64,000 bases of DNA from Toensbergia leucococca. Lineage: Eukaryota. Below, piece by piece: positions 27,578 through 40,637 of the stretch (positions within the stretch are counted from its first letter, which is position 1; the number at the start of each line of letters is the position of its first letter). The position numbers and the translations under genes are program-made. The notes beneath the pieces are model-generated. The model saw only the letters and a list, made by a program, of their open reading frames with translations. It had not been told where the DNA came from and did no database searches. Location of the stretch: positions 62,001-126,000 of the forward strand of contig JALDZS010000038.1 of assembly GCA_022813965.1 (NCBI GenBank), read 5' to 3'.

Positions 27578-29747
27578 TTAAAGCTCAAAGCGCTGTATCC
27601 AGCAATCTGATGCTCATCGAAGAAGAGAAGAAATCCGAGTCTCGGGTCAATGGGCTGCTAAGAGCCCTTGGAGGACGACATAAAATCTCGTGCTTGTGTT
27701 TTCTCCGAATAAACCACGCTCCACAGTATAGCGAATGTATCGAAGAACTTTAACAGGGTTACTCCTTAAGTAGCCATCCAGTGGCTCGTCGATGTGCTTT
27801 CCGTTTGGAGAATTAATTGCAAGAAACTCAGCACAGCTGTGAAGTTGTCGCCGAATGGAGGTTCAGCAGGAAATGAAAAGACGGGTCCTTTGTGGTGGTC
27901 GAGAAAAGCTTACGTCGAAGGCCGATAAAATTAACAAAAGACTGTATGATGTATTTGAGTGTTGGGAGGATTATCAGTGAAGTCGCTGTTGCATGACTTG
28001 AAATATGAGAAGGTGAATCTCGGATGTTCGTCTATAGCGCATCTAGTGATAAGAAGCCTGTATTGTGTCAGAATGGGATATCAATCATATTGATTACGAT
28101 GCGATGGGATTGTTGTTGATTCCAGAAAATGGCCACTATTTGTTCACTGGAGACCTTCATGCCCTCAAAGTCACATTGTACCGATCTTTTGAACTATTGC
28201 AATTCCACAAGCATAGTGAATTCTAACAACGAAGTGATGTCTCCGCCGATGGACGCCAACATCGGGATGAAAGAGCGAAACGTACGCTGGATTCCAACAA
28301 TGTCAGGTACTCGGTCTTCTCGCCAAGCCGTCCTTTGACAGATCTTCCACTGGACACTCGGTATCCCAACTTGATCGCTTGATAGAATGACGGAGGCGAT
28401 TGTAGAGGGTGAGCGACTCGGCTGACGGGTTTTTGGGTTATTCAGGAAACGAACTGGCAGTAGGTTTGCAACAAAAGCAAAGGTAGGTTATCGAAGGGAA
28501 AGCTAGATAGTATATAGAGCATCAAGCTCGTCGACAACGAAGGTTTGCGCAAGAAGCACAAATAGCCAAGGGTGAAAGAGAACGATTGGGGCGGGAGTCA
28601 TTCTTCGCTGACAGGAAGAAGAGAAGGAAAATGGTGGCACCAGTGGTACGGAGGTAAGTGGACACAGAAGGCGGGTGAGATGTGATTGGAGGATTATCTG
28701 ACAATCAGGATGGCGCGTTTGGGATTTGGGGAGTGGGATCAGGTAAGACGGCGCGACAGGGACATCCCCTGCTCCAATCCAACAGGGTACAACGGGAATG
28801 ACTTCCACCAAGCTCATCTCTACCTTGGCACCTTGGCTCCTTGGATGCCCCCCACATCAACCATCATATCCATGCAAAGCCCTTGTTTGCCAACCACAGT
28901 ACGATACTCGTACCAGCGTAGGCAATATCACGGGAACAATCTCATGTCGTAACCCCCAACGGTAGGCCTGTATTTCGTCAGGTTGGGAATATGATGCTCA
29001 GGTATAAAATACATTTACGAGTACTGAGTACTGAGTATGGAGTACACCAGTAGGCAGTTTCATCTTAATGCACAGACCAGCTCCTTTGATCACAGAAATA
29101 CCCTTTTATCAGGCAACTATTACCTCCCTACCTACTCTTCATTAAATGTCTCGGTCACCGACTTTTCAATTGATGTATGGCAAACTCTGATTCGACGAAT
29201 AGAATAATGCTCCCACTCCCCCATCCTGATCTATTCTAACCACCATGTTGGTGCTTCCATTCACACAGTCATTGTACTTTGCCCAATGATCAACGAGTCA
29301 TGGAACGCTACGAGGCCATTTGGACACCTCCAATTGCGCGGAATCTAACTTGCCCTTGCCCGAACTTTCCATGATAAAGCTTGGCTTTGTGAATGTTCAG
29401 GCGGAGCACTTTCAGTCGATGTTTCCTTCGAGACATGATACCTTCCAGATCATACACTTCCCCTCATTCCTTCCTCGTTTGGCTCCCTTCCACCTACGTG
29501 AGGTGGTAATCGAGATGATTCAGAAACCTGTAACTCTCAGCTGTCTGCCCTCCTAGATCATTCTCTCCAACATCATTCTGGTCTTCTCTTCTGCCTCGCC
29601 ATTTTCCCCAAGCATTTACATCCTGCGCAAGTACAAACTCGTCCATTTGTTCTGCTCAAACACTTATTATATTTCGTGCATCCATTAACCATCAACACCT
29701 GTTGAACTTTTACCATCAACAATTGACCTGAGCTGCAGCAACACACC

Positions 29748-31277
29748 ATGCCGACCGATCCATCTCTGCCAGCATGTGGAACTCCCTCCAAGCCTTCCAT
29801 GCACCATGCTGAATCTCCAAAGACCTCCGGGAGACAAATGCCTAATAGTGGTCAGAAGAGAACGCACACAGCAGATCTATCACGCCGAAGTAAGACCTCG
29901 AGTCACTGCGTAAAGATGGCAACGATATTTCATGATGCTGCAGGATCACTGCAGGAACTTCAGACTCCTTTACGTCGTCCTTCATCTAACACCAAGAGAT
30001 TTCGTATGCCGTCTTCTCAGGCACAATGTCTCCGCTTTGGCAGCATCAATCATGACGTTATTCGGAATTTCCTGGAAGCTGAAATCCCTCCCGAATTAGA
30101 GCCGGACACACAAACGTCCTTCAATCAAGCAAAGATTGTGTGTAACCAGAGACTCCCCAGTTTGTTATCAAATTGCGACACGACCCCAAAACTCCAGCTT
30201 CTTGACAGTTTTGACAAAGACGTCTTGAAAAGAGGACTCGTAACGCCTGTTCTAGGTGATGAAGGTCTTGGAAGCACTGCCAAAGATCAGGCGTGTTCTA
30301 CAATGGATAAAACATTGCTCGAGAGAAAAGCAAACATAACACCAAGCCTTGGCTCAGACGATGCTGAATGCCATTCAACTCATGGCGTCCCCTTTCTTAT
30401 ACCGATCTCAGTCTCTGAAGAAGATAACCCACATAAGGCCAACATTAACGCCTGGCTCGATGAGGTATTTGTGGCCTCCCCTGAGGTTGCATCGATGTCC
30501 GCGTTGACTATAGTTGAGGAACATTCAAGAAAAACTCCTCTAGCTCCTCCATCATTTTCACTACGCTCACCCGAAAAAGTGGGCTTATCCATTTCTAAGA
30601 ACACTGCCTCAAGCACATATCCCAAGTCTCAGACATCCAGCAACAAAGAAAACATACAGCCGTCAAAATTGCCCCTTGCAAGTAGCATGGCGGGGGTTCA
30701 ATACTCGACACCTATTTCATCCAAAACCAGGTTCTCAAGAACCACTCCGTCCCGGTCTAGCAGTGCCACTCCTAATCTGAGCGCCATGCCGCCCCTCATC
30801 ACAAGTCCCAGGGCTCTCGGGTCAGCGTCCCGCTTCCACCATCCCGAAACTCCGCGAGGGCATCTCACTCGGCCCGCAAAGTGCAAGAAACCTCGCGTGA
30901 ATGGAGGGAAGGAATGTGTCTCTGTAAATCCGGCAATGGCTCACAGGTCGTCGTCGTTCACTATCCATAACGACGAGGCCGATGACTCGCCAACATTGAG
31001 CCCAAATGTGGAACGTCATCGTAAGGGAAGAGGGCCGAAGAGAGGGAGATGTCCGAGTTATTTCGACAGGGACGTTTTGGGAGATAATTCGCCTAGCGCA
31101 AAAATGCTGGCGGAGGATGAGGGTGTCAAAGACAGTGTGTTGGAAATAAATGGGGGAAGGCAAATATTGGGAGAATCGATGCAGGGGAAGTGGTTGATGA
31201 AGGCAGACACATTCGTGGAAGGGGTCGAGGAGGCCGACTCTAGCTTTGTCGCTGGATTCGAACATAGGCTGAGTTAA
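29748..31277 (+). CDS. Hypothetical Ser/Pro-rich protein
   Basis: Uninterrupted 509-codon ORF with an SNKEN (KEN-box-like) motif and LSPNVERHRKGRGPKR; no recognisable domain; start codon uncertain. Confidence 0.65.
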   Translation: MPTDPSLPACGTPSKPSMHHAESPKTSGRQMPNSGQKRTHTADLSRRSKTSSHCVKMATIFHDAAGSLQELQTPLRRPSSNTKRFRMPSSQAQCLRFGSINHDVIRNFLEAEIPPELEPDTQTSFNQAKIVCNQRLPSLLSNCDTTPKLQLLDSFDKDVLKRGLVTPVLGDEGLGSTAKDQACSTMDKTLLERKANITPSLGSDDAECHSTHGVPFLIPISVSEEDNPHKANINAWLDEVFVASPEVASMSALTIVEEHSRKTPLAPPSFSLRSPEKVGLSISKNTASSTYPKSQTSSNKENIQPSKLPLASSMAGVQYSTPISSKTRFSRTTPSRSSSATPNLSAMPPLITSPRALGSASRFHHPETPRGHLTRPAKCKKPRVNGGKECVSVNPAMAHRSSSFTIHNDEADDSPTLSPNVERHRKGRGPKRGRCPSYFDRDVLGDNSPSAKMLAEDEGVKDSVLEINGGRQILGESMQGKWLMKADTFVEGVEEADSSFVAGFEHRLS

Positions 31278-31738
31278 CACTCCTGTGGGTTCTAGTTCTG
31301 CTGTTTTCTGAGTACTGCGGAGGACGTGGACTGTTCTCTGCTTCTTTGTGCACCATCTTTGATGTTTTCACGCTTTCTTTTATTGTTGCTTCTCTTGATA
31401 CCAAGATTGTTGCTTGGTTGCTCGTTTTATGCCTATCAATATTCTCCCTTCAGCTTTGAACTCAAGAGTGTCTCACTCTGATTATACGGCATTTGGTTGT
31501 GTTATTGTCCCACAATGCGTCCAAGCGCTTGTTGTAATGATACAATTTCCATGCGCAGACACCGAGTTTATGCAGGTCTTCAAAGAGCCATTATCAGTAA
31601 TCTATATAAATCCTACCCATTGACGATGGAATCTATATTTTACTTTCAAAAATCTATTTTCCGAGCCGGAAGTTAATTGCAATAGCATTGAGGACCCTCC
31701 CTTCCCACCTCCTTGCGAAAAAAAAGCCTTCTCATACA

Positions 31739-32940
31739 TCATATACTCTCTCCCATCCCTGTCCCCGCTTCCTCAACCAATCCCTCGACCTCCACAACCC
31801 GCATCCCCAGCAAAAATAACAAGTCTCCCATCCCCTCCCCATTCAGCCTCTGCGGCGCCCTCTTCTGGACCTTCTCCTTGGCCCTCCACGCTAGCCCTAG
31901 CCCGGCCGCCTCCATCATCAGGAGATCATTAGCGCCGTCGCCAACAGCGAGGGTCTGGGAGAGGGGAACAGAGTGCTCGGAGGCAAGGGAGCGAAGAATG
32001 AGCTTCTTTTGGGAGGCGTCGATTAGGGGGTGCTGGGAGGAAAGGAGGCCGGAGAGATGCGGGTAGGGATATTGAGGGGTTGGGGGTGAGGAGAGGAGCT
32101 GGGTGATTGAGTCAACGGGATACACTACGCGAAAGTAGGCGATGCATTTTACGAAGATGGTTTGATGGCAATGAAGGTAGGGGGTATGCGTACGTGATTT
32201 GCAAAGGCATAATCGAGCCCCAATTCCCCCTTTAGCCATTCTGCCATCGGTGCAAAGCCGCCGCTTACAACTGCCGTCTTGACACCTAGGTTACGCAATG
32301 CAGCGATCAGCTCTTTTGCGCCGGCAGCGATGGTGATGATTCCCTTCAGGTCTTCCCACACGTCTGCTTTTACCCCTTTTAGCAGTGCGACCCGCTCGCG
32401 CAGCGATTCGGCAAAGTCGATCTCGCCGTTCATGGCGCGGGCGGTGATGGCGGAGACGGCGGGGGTGATGTTGATAGTGCGGGCGAGCTCGTCGATTACT
32501 TCTTGGTCGATTAGGGTGGAGTCCATGTCGAAGACTACGAGTTTGAGGGGACGGCGGCTGGGGTGCGCGGGGGATGAAGGGAAGATGTCAAGGACGAGTT
32601 CGAGGCCATTGGCCGTTTCGAAGTTGGTGATGGTGGGGTGGTGGCGGAAGTGTGAGGGGGGTAGGGTTAAAGAAGTGGTGGAGTAGGTTAATTGGAGGAC
32701 ATGGGGGGAGAGAGAGATGGAGGAGAAGAGGCAAAGGGGAGCGGGGGAGACGAGAGGCTTTAGGAGGGTGGTGAAGGGATCTGAGAGGGTGGGTTCGAAA
32801 GTGAGGTAGGTTGGTGTAGATTCAGGAGGGTCTTTTGAAGCACTTAGGGAAGGCCTAGATTTGGCGAAGAGGGTTGCGATGAGCGTAGCCTGCGCTTCGT
32901 CGTTCTCCTTTTGCTGCACATCTGCCTCTTGATCGTCCAT
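31739..32940 (-). CDS. SER2: Phosphoserine phosphatase (HAD family); 2 exons
   Basis: Motifs VFDMDSTLI, ITARAMNGEIDF, VVSGGF, AVGDGANDL; intron 32193-32099. Confidence 0.93.
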
Positions 32941-33353
32941 GTTCGGTCCACGCCCCCAGTATCTGAACAATTGCCAATCAAAAAACAGGGCTTCAGTGTA
33001 TGTTGGAATTAGGTTGGGGCAGAGAAGGCATGACTTGATGTCTCACAGTGGAATGGGCATGGGGTGCTAAACGCACCTCTCCGCCGTGGACGCTGCAAGT
33101 CATTAATGCAGCCACCAGATTAAGCATGAAGTGGAAATCCTTTGAATCCTTGGACCTGCAGCTCTTATTCTAATTTCCATTGTTTCAGGCATTTTTCCGC
33201 CATGACATCATTTCCATTCCGAATGTGCGGAACAAAACCGATGCAAACGATGCAAACTTCGCCCACGAGATATTTCCATGCCCTAATCCCACTCGATTAT
33301 GCTCGTGTGCATCTTTTGTTGCACATGACGAGCATCTCGAAAGCTATCAAGCT

Positions 33354-35118
33354 ATGCTCACCGAGAGCCTCGTAGCCGCAGTTCAGAGCGCAGAGAAGGC
33401 CACCGACGCCGTAATTAAAGATATCGGCATCCACATCTATGACTTCCAGCCTATCCCAGCACCCAAGACTGTCCTAAAGAAGAGCTCTGCCCCGACCAAT
33501 TGCCTAGCAGTCAGCACATCGCATATATTTACAGCCCAAGTTCAGAAAGCTGTCGTGCATGTGTATAGTAGAGAGCAAGGAAACCAGGAAGCTACAGTGC
33601 CTTTCCCGGAAAGAATTCACAGTCTTGCGCTCGCTGGAGACTCTGATGGCGCTGGTATTCTGTTGTTGGGTACTGAGGGGGGAAGAGTGATATTGTGGGA
33701 GGTAATGCCAGCATAGCCAGTAAACACTCTCGACTTCGAACGCTGACACTTCCAAGTAGCTGTGCACCGGCCGCCAAGTCTCAACCTCGCAATCACATTT
33801 ACAGTCCACAACTTGCCTGGCAGTAGATCCTACATCAAACTTCTTCCTCTCTGGCTCATCGGACTCAAATATCCACCTTTGGTCTATCCCAGCTCTGCTG
33901 TCTTTCTCGGCACAGTCTCCCAATGACTACAGCCAACAACTACCGCTTTCCCCCTTGGAAACTTTATCGAACCATCGCGCTGCCATTTCAGCCCTCGTAT
34001 TCGGCCATAGCTCCAGTAGCACAAACATTGCCGTCTCGGCTTCGCAAGACAACACCTGCATAGTCTGGGATTACACCAACGGAGCCGCCCTTCACACCTT
34101 CTTACTCCCTACCAGTCCTCTCTGTCTCGCCTTAGATCCAGCGGATCGCGCCGTCTACGCCGGATACGAAGACGGCAGCATCCAGCTCATAGATTTCTAC
34201 AAGCAATCCTCCCTCACGCAAGCATTGCACGATCCGACTCTGCAATCCACCCCAACTCAACCTCCGCCATCCGATCGATGGCCGCTTCCTATACAGTCTT
34301 CATCGTCAGCCTTATGCCTCCAACTAAGCTACGATGGCACCACGCTTCTCTCTGGCCATCAAGACGGCAAGGTCCAGGCCTGGGATGTTGCCAAAGGCAA
34401 GTACACCAGTCATATAGCCGACTTCTCGGCCCCCGTGACGAACCTGTACATGCTCTCGCCCACCGGCTTCCCCATTCAATCTCGGCCACACCTCAAAACA
34501 CCCAGCATCGTCAAGCCACGCTATGAAAGCTCTCTGGACGGAGGCAACACAACCACCAGCACCGTCGTACCACCAAACTACACTTTCACAGCCCAATTCA
34601 ACTCCAACCTCCCTCTCCCCCGCTTTTCCACCCTCTCCTCTTCCACCATCCAACCCCCTACCACGTTCCAAGCCGCCCTAACCCACCCTTCCTTCCCCCC
34701 TACCTTACTACAAGAAGGTCTCGCCTCCCTAACCAACACCTCCCTCCCTCTCCTCCCCAAAACCCCCATCACCACCACCATCCCCTCCACCTCAACCTCC
34801 CAAACCACAACAACCAGCTCCTCTCCCACCCCCGAAACCACAAACGCCCTCCTGACAACCCAGCTCGCAAACTCGCAAACCCAGCTCCAAAAAGCCCTCG
34901 CCGAGCTCCTCAGATACAAAAAAGAGACCTGGCAGCAGATGGAACGGGAGGAAGTGAAGGCGAAGGCGAAGAAAAAGCGGCGTCTGAGGAGGATGCGGGC
35001 GGAGGAGGCGAGGAGGAAGAGGGTTATGGGAGAGGAGGTGGGGATGGAGGTCGATGTTGAGGAGGATGGGGAGGAAGAGGTTAGCAGTAGTACCGATGAG
35101 ATGACGCCGAGCGACTGA
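33354..35118 (+). CDS. IPI3: Pre-rRNA processing WD40 protein Ipi3 (Rix1 complex); 2 exons
   Basis: MLTESLVAA, QEATVPFPERI, WD repeats (SASQDNTCIVWD, SGHQDGKVQAWD); intron 33702-33759 keeps the frame. Confidence 0.88.
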
Positions 35119-35698
35119 GGGCGGAGAGAAACGGTTGTCGGGATGGTTTTGAGATGATGGGACTTCCGAGTCTCTTAGGTGAATTTATTCTGGGAAATTG
35201 GGATTGAGATGGGAATCACCACGAGGATCTCGCAAACGTTATATTGATTGACACAACGACCCCAAAATGAATTTCAAACCAAATGGGCGGATGGATAGTG
35301 GGGTGTTTGATGCAGTCAATGAATCCCCGATCTTCGCCCTCCGCTTGGCATGAGGTCTACTGTGCTCTTGTCGGGACGAAAGCAGTTGATGTGATTCTTT
35401 GTGGAAGTAACATTGAATTATTTGATGCCCAGAGCAAATAAACGATACAACATACGCTCTAGCTGACTGCCCATAAAGCTCTCATCTGAGCCACGTCTCC
35501 CGAGCTCCGCGAACATGCTCATCTGAGAGCGAAATAGCGGGAATGCAGCTCTCTCCAGCACTTTTTCGCTCGCTGATATCCCGAAATCCCTAAAGCTGCC
35601 CCCTGATAAGTAGACCAGCGAGCGAGCAATTGTCTCGCGCAGCCTCATCGTCTCTTCCGCTTGAACCATAGCGGGCAGACCGAGCCCAAGTCAGCGCA

Positions 35699-37503
35699 TC
35701 AGAACCTCTCTACCTCCAGCATGTTCAGCCAGTTCATAACCATCATTGCCTTTATCAGATTGCCCTTGAGGTCAACGTGCCTAAGAAAACACAGATCGTC
35801 AGTCCTAGTCAGCCGTATCCCCGTATTTAGTACTCACACGCCATCAAATTTGTTGCTCTGAATGCTCATATTCCACGTCCCTAAATGCTCCACCCCTCTC
35901 CTCCCTGCCTCCACCTTCACTGACTCTTCAAAAATCATCAAAGCCTTGTTTCCCTGACTAACAATCCACTCGTCCGGCTTTTCTTTCCCCGCCGCATTCG
36001 GAGTCAGAATCAATCGCGGCCACGTAACTCCTCCGTCTCGGGATTTTCTCGCAGTCCGTTTCCCCGCGGATTCGGGTGCGAGCCAGGGGGCTGAGGATAC
36101 ACTGGTGTCGAGGATTAGATCTAGCCAGTCGAGGGTGGCTTGGAGGTCGAGGTCATTCCAGAGGCCGTGGCCAAAGATAAAGGCGTAAGGGAGGGGTGGT
36201 TTTGTATTTGGAAGGAGGCCGCGGAAGCGGGTTAGTTCTTCGGGGGTGATAGGAAAACGTATCATTTGCTCGACTTCAAGTGCAAATTCGAGTTAGTGAG
36301 GGTAAAGAGGGATCAACTATAAAGAAAGAGATGATGTAGAAGAGTTGGAATTACTCATGACATCAACGGTGTTACTTGGACAGGCGATACTGCTCGGGTC
36401 GTTCTTGACCACATCGGCGGTCTTGAATATGCCTTGGATTGAACACGATTTGACGTTGAATTGGTAGTTGCAGAAGCACTCTTTCCTATGTGATCCAGAG
36501 AAGTAAGTCCAAGCAGATCTTTGCGAGGCTTATCATATACACAGGGTCTTACCTTTCCTCGGGCGAGAAGTTCCAGTCTGTCACAGCTCCATAGCCTAGA
36601 TCTTTTCTGATAAGCACGTTTATACTCCCAATCACATGCCTCATCATGCTATCACCAACAATGATCACCTTCTCAAAGCGACTTAGAATTTCACAAATCT
36701 CCTCTGTTGAGAACCAGCGCATGTCACATCCACGAGGCATGTAGGGAGCGTCATGACCGATGCGACCCCCAGAAGACATTGCTTCAAGCATTGACTTGCG
36801 ATCTGGGCACAGGGGAGCAAATGGTGCATGTAGATCCAGGGAAGATATGTCACAGGTGCTGCGGTACTTGTAAGAAGAGAAAGTGTCAATCGTGTCTGGG
36901 ATGCGATGCCGGAGAGCTTCTGGAGGCTGGAAAGCTGCATTGGGAACAAAAGTTGAGTTGTAAGGTACGACAGAAGTCAGGTACGAAGGACGACGAGGCT
37001 ATGCAGCCTAGATCAGTCACTGCGAAGACAGAGACGAGTAGAGAAGTCTGTCGACATACGCCATGATGACTGAAAGACGAGATGATGGTGTTCAGAAGGA
37101 AAAAGCTCAAGAGGCCAGCAGCGATCAATGCGATTTTGCGAGGTGTTAGAGTCCACGATGCCAATTTCAGTCCACGAGGCGGGTGAGGCGGGCTAGCCAT
37201 GGGAGTGGATGGAACAGATGCATACTTTTCGGAATATTGAAACGTGTCCATGGTGTTAGAGTCAGGTAGTCTTGAAAGCCAGGTTTCAATGTTATCGATA
37301 ACGCTCTTGTTATATGTCTCTGGTGGCAAGAGAGGAGAGGTCGGAGGAAGATATATCTCAGCTGATGGATGCTTTCCTAGCCACAGCCGTGTACGACGGT
37401 AGGGAGGCTGATTCGATGATCTGGCTGGAACGGATAGTGTAGGAAGGTCGTGGTAGGCCGTGGTTCTACGAAGTGGTGAAGAGTGCTTAGGTGCTACATC
37501 CAT
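35699..37503 (-). CDS. Conserved fungal membrane-anchored protein with SGNH/GDS-like motifs; multi-exon
   Basis: TM IALIAAGLLSFFLL; blocks GGRIGHDAPYMPRGCDMRW, IIVGDSMMRH, GHGLWNDLD, DGVHVDLKGN; stop at 35701-35699; start may be 37251 instead. Confidence 0.7.
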
Positions 37504-39004
37504 AAGACAAGAGTAAGGCAAATCTGGTAGCCACTGACATACCGTATTGAAGATTCATGCATGCTCCATCGAAGAGTTGAAGTTCACGTCCTTACAAGGT
37601 AGCATTGGAAAGACGGTTCGAATTTACCATTGCTTTGTCGCTTAGACCAAGTATTTCTGTAGAAGTGACGAGGCCGTCTTATATGACTTTCCTTCTCGTC
37701 ACAGATAGATGTTCCATGTAGAAAAGGGCTGGAAATAATATTCGGATGGACATTTTAGGAGATTATTACTACAATAACAATAGGCTACTAATACACTGAC
37801 ACCAATCTGAAAATGACATGTTTTCTTCGGATGGGAGTGTCGGGTGTCAGTGTATAAAGACAAAAATGACCAAAAAGAGACGTGTTACTCAGGTTTGAAC
37901 GCGAGACAAAAACTGAAGGTTATTCAGAAACCTCCCAATTGGGAAATTTTTTTTAGCTTGACTCCGATCATTATCTGGTGTGGGCGATCCTTCGAGTTAT
38001 ACGGAGACCAGACAACTTCTCGTGTGCTTGGTAACATTTTATTTTAATATATATACACCCGACGTTTTCTGCCGCTTTCTACCAACGAGTCAACTTTCTC
38101 TTACCAGCAGCCCAACAATACTGAAAGGCCTGGTGCTTACAATTTTTTGTCAGACCACTTACTAGTGTTGATGTGAACTTCACTCAAACGTTCCAAGCAG
38201 CGCTCTCCGAATACACTGCACAAAATTCAAGTCATTTTAGAAACAGTTTCCCCGTGCTTTCTTATAGAGGTCTGCTTGCCCCAGCCATTCTCCTCCATGG
38301 ACTCAAGCCCAGCCTCTTCGACGCCTGTTCTCTGGTCCCCTTGTCTTGTTCTGAACTTGTCGTGGGATTCTCACTACCTATCTTGATGCCAGGAGAATCA
38401 ACATAGGTGCGCGACAACGTTAGTGTTGAGATCTGCTACTGTGACGCATATCATCGGCACATGGTCCAATGCTTTAAGCAGTATATTGAACCGTCTTCGG
38501 CGTGATTCGCCTTGAAGCCAGGCTAGATAGTCACAGCGAGCCGAACATTCGGGCTCACTGTCTCCAATGACGTGTACGTCAGACTATGGTGAGGTCCATA
38601 AGGGCGAAATGAATCATCACGAGTTCGAATGCAGTGTACAGTGTACGAGGAAAGTAAAATGATCTAAAAAGTATCCGTACTGAGATAAGGTTGAGGTAAA
38701 AGGCGCTAAGGCTCGGTATGAGAAATACGCAGTGAAAGTCAATTCTTCTTCATGTTAGGGCTTTCGGCAAAGCTTCGATACGAGGATACGTAAATCTCGA
38801 AATCTCTTGAAGGTTTGTGCGTTGATTAGTGGTCAAAGAACAGGGCACTTGAAATGCAGTTGCATTGATCAGCACATGATTGTTTATCTTAGCAACAAGT
38901 TACTTTCTCATACCATTTTTGATTGATGGCCGTTTGAACTTGCCCCTTTCCTGACCTCGTATGTGTATATACACGTATTGAAACTCTGTAGGTCAAGTAT
39001 ATGT

Positions 39005-40102
39005 CTACCACCAAGACTTCACAGCGTAAGCCAACGCACCGATTATATCTTTTGTCCAGCCAATCCATCCTCTGAGCTCCGTCACACGATTCAAGAGCCC
39101 GACCATCCTTCGTTGGAAAATATCACTGTCCTCGAAATCATGACTGTAGATCTCCCAGATAGCTTTGTCCTGTGCTGTTGCCTCGCTACCCTCTGCCAAG
39201 CTCCAAGTCCCTTCCGCATCCTGCTCGACCTTCATCTTACCACTTACGGCTAATGCCCGGCCTACTACACGGGGATCCATTACACGTGTCGCGGCCTCGA
39301 CAACGTCCTCGATGGTACCAAGAAGGCCACCAGCAAGTATAGCTCTCCCTGGGGCATCGATAATCGGCGTATCAATAAAGTATGGACAAATTAAATTGAC
39401 TCGTACACCATGTATAAAGACCGAAGAGCGTAGACATCTATACAATCCAAGTACCGCATGCTTCGAAGCTCCGTAAAGCGTTTGACCAGGTATAGGGACC
39501 AAAGCAGCCACGGATGCTATCAATAAGAGATGACGGTCCCTTGGAGTCTGAGCAGGATCACATCTAAAATTTGCTGGAGCAGAACCCGGATTCCGTGGCA
39601 GGTAAAATAATGCAAGGTGTGCCGTATAAACCACCCCGGTGAGGTTGACGTCTAGGACTTTCAGGTTTGGCGGCGGCGGCTCTGCGGCATCGAGGCCTTT
39701 GGGCTTCTCTATTGTAAAGGCATTGTCCGAGATACCAGCATTGGCAACGACGCTGTCGATACCGCCATGGGGGCTCAACTTCACAGCTTCCTTGAATAGA
39801 TTGACTTGAGATTGCCAATCGGAGACGTTGCAGTAACAAAAGTGCACATTGGGATTTCCAGTCTCTCTTGACAATTCACGGACGAGCTGATCCCCTTTCT
39901 GAACATTGATATCACCCACGATGATAGTGGCACCCTTCCCCGCCCAACGGCGCAGGAAGCCTGCTCCAAAGCCAGAGGCACCACCTGTGATAAGTATGGT
40001 CTTACCATTGACCCATGAATCGTCAACGACATCAGTGGTATCAATTGGCGGTGACTGGCCGATTATATCGACCAGAGGATGTTTTGCTGCTTCTTTGACC
40101 AT
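39005..40102 (-). CDS. Short-chain dehydrogenase/reductase
   Basis: ITGGASGFG, VANAG and catalytic YGASK; intronless 365 aa. Confidence 0.92.
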   Translation of the reverse strand: MVKEAAKHPLVDIIGQSPPIDTTDVVDDSWVNGKTILITGGASGFGAGFLRRWAGKGATIIVGDINVQKGDQLVRELSRETGNPNVHFCYCNVSDWQSQVNLFKEAVKLSPHGGIDSVVANAGISDNAFTIEKPKGLDAAEPPPPNLKVLDVNLTGVVYTAHLALFYLPRNPGSAPANFRCDPAQTPRDRHLLLIASVAALVPIPGQTLYGASKHAVLGLYRCLRSSVFIHGVRVNLICPYFIDTPIIDAPGRAILAGGLLGTIEDVVEAATRVMDPRVVGRALAVSGKMKVEQDAEGTWSLAEGSEATAQDKAIWEIYSHDFEDSDIFQRRMVGLLNRVTELRGWIGWTKDIIGALAYAVKSWW

Positions 40103-40637
40103 TATTTGAGAGCCGCCGGCCTGCTAATCTCATTGATCTTGAGTACAGTGGAATAACAAGATAATTTGAAATATATAATATTCGAGGGCAACATGTACGA
40201 GTAATATCAAAACATCGATCAATTCCGGAGCGTCTCCTCGGTCGACTCAATCAGAGGCAAAGCGATGCCCGAAGCCCACGTTAACTTTCAATGTTAGCGG
40301 GAGCATTCCTCGCACCGAGATTATGATTATTCGATAGAACGAAACATACATCCTCGAGCCCCTGAAGAAACGGGCTCGACGGGATCCTCGGGTGCTCGGA
40401 TTGCCTCAGTCGCTGCCAAACTAGCTAAGCCCCTTCGGATTAGCTACCTAGCCCTCACTACGCCCGTTTAGGTAGAAAAGAGCCTTCTGCTTGGTAAGGT
40501 ACCTTACCTTAGGAACTTCAGGTTGAGCTTGCATGAGCATACCTAACCAGCGTGCCAGCTTCCCAGACTCTTTTGACCGTACAATTTTTCTTTCTTGCGA
40601 CTCCTCTTGAGATTCTGATTGATTCTGAAAGCGCACC

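Noticed and set aside
37600..37630. GGTTCGAAT T-loop-like motif suggesting a tRNA
   Set aside because: Flanks do not form a T-stem or cloverleaf.
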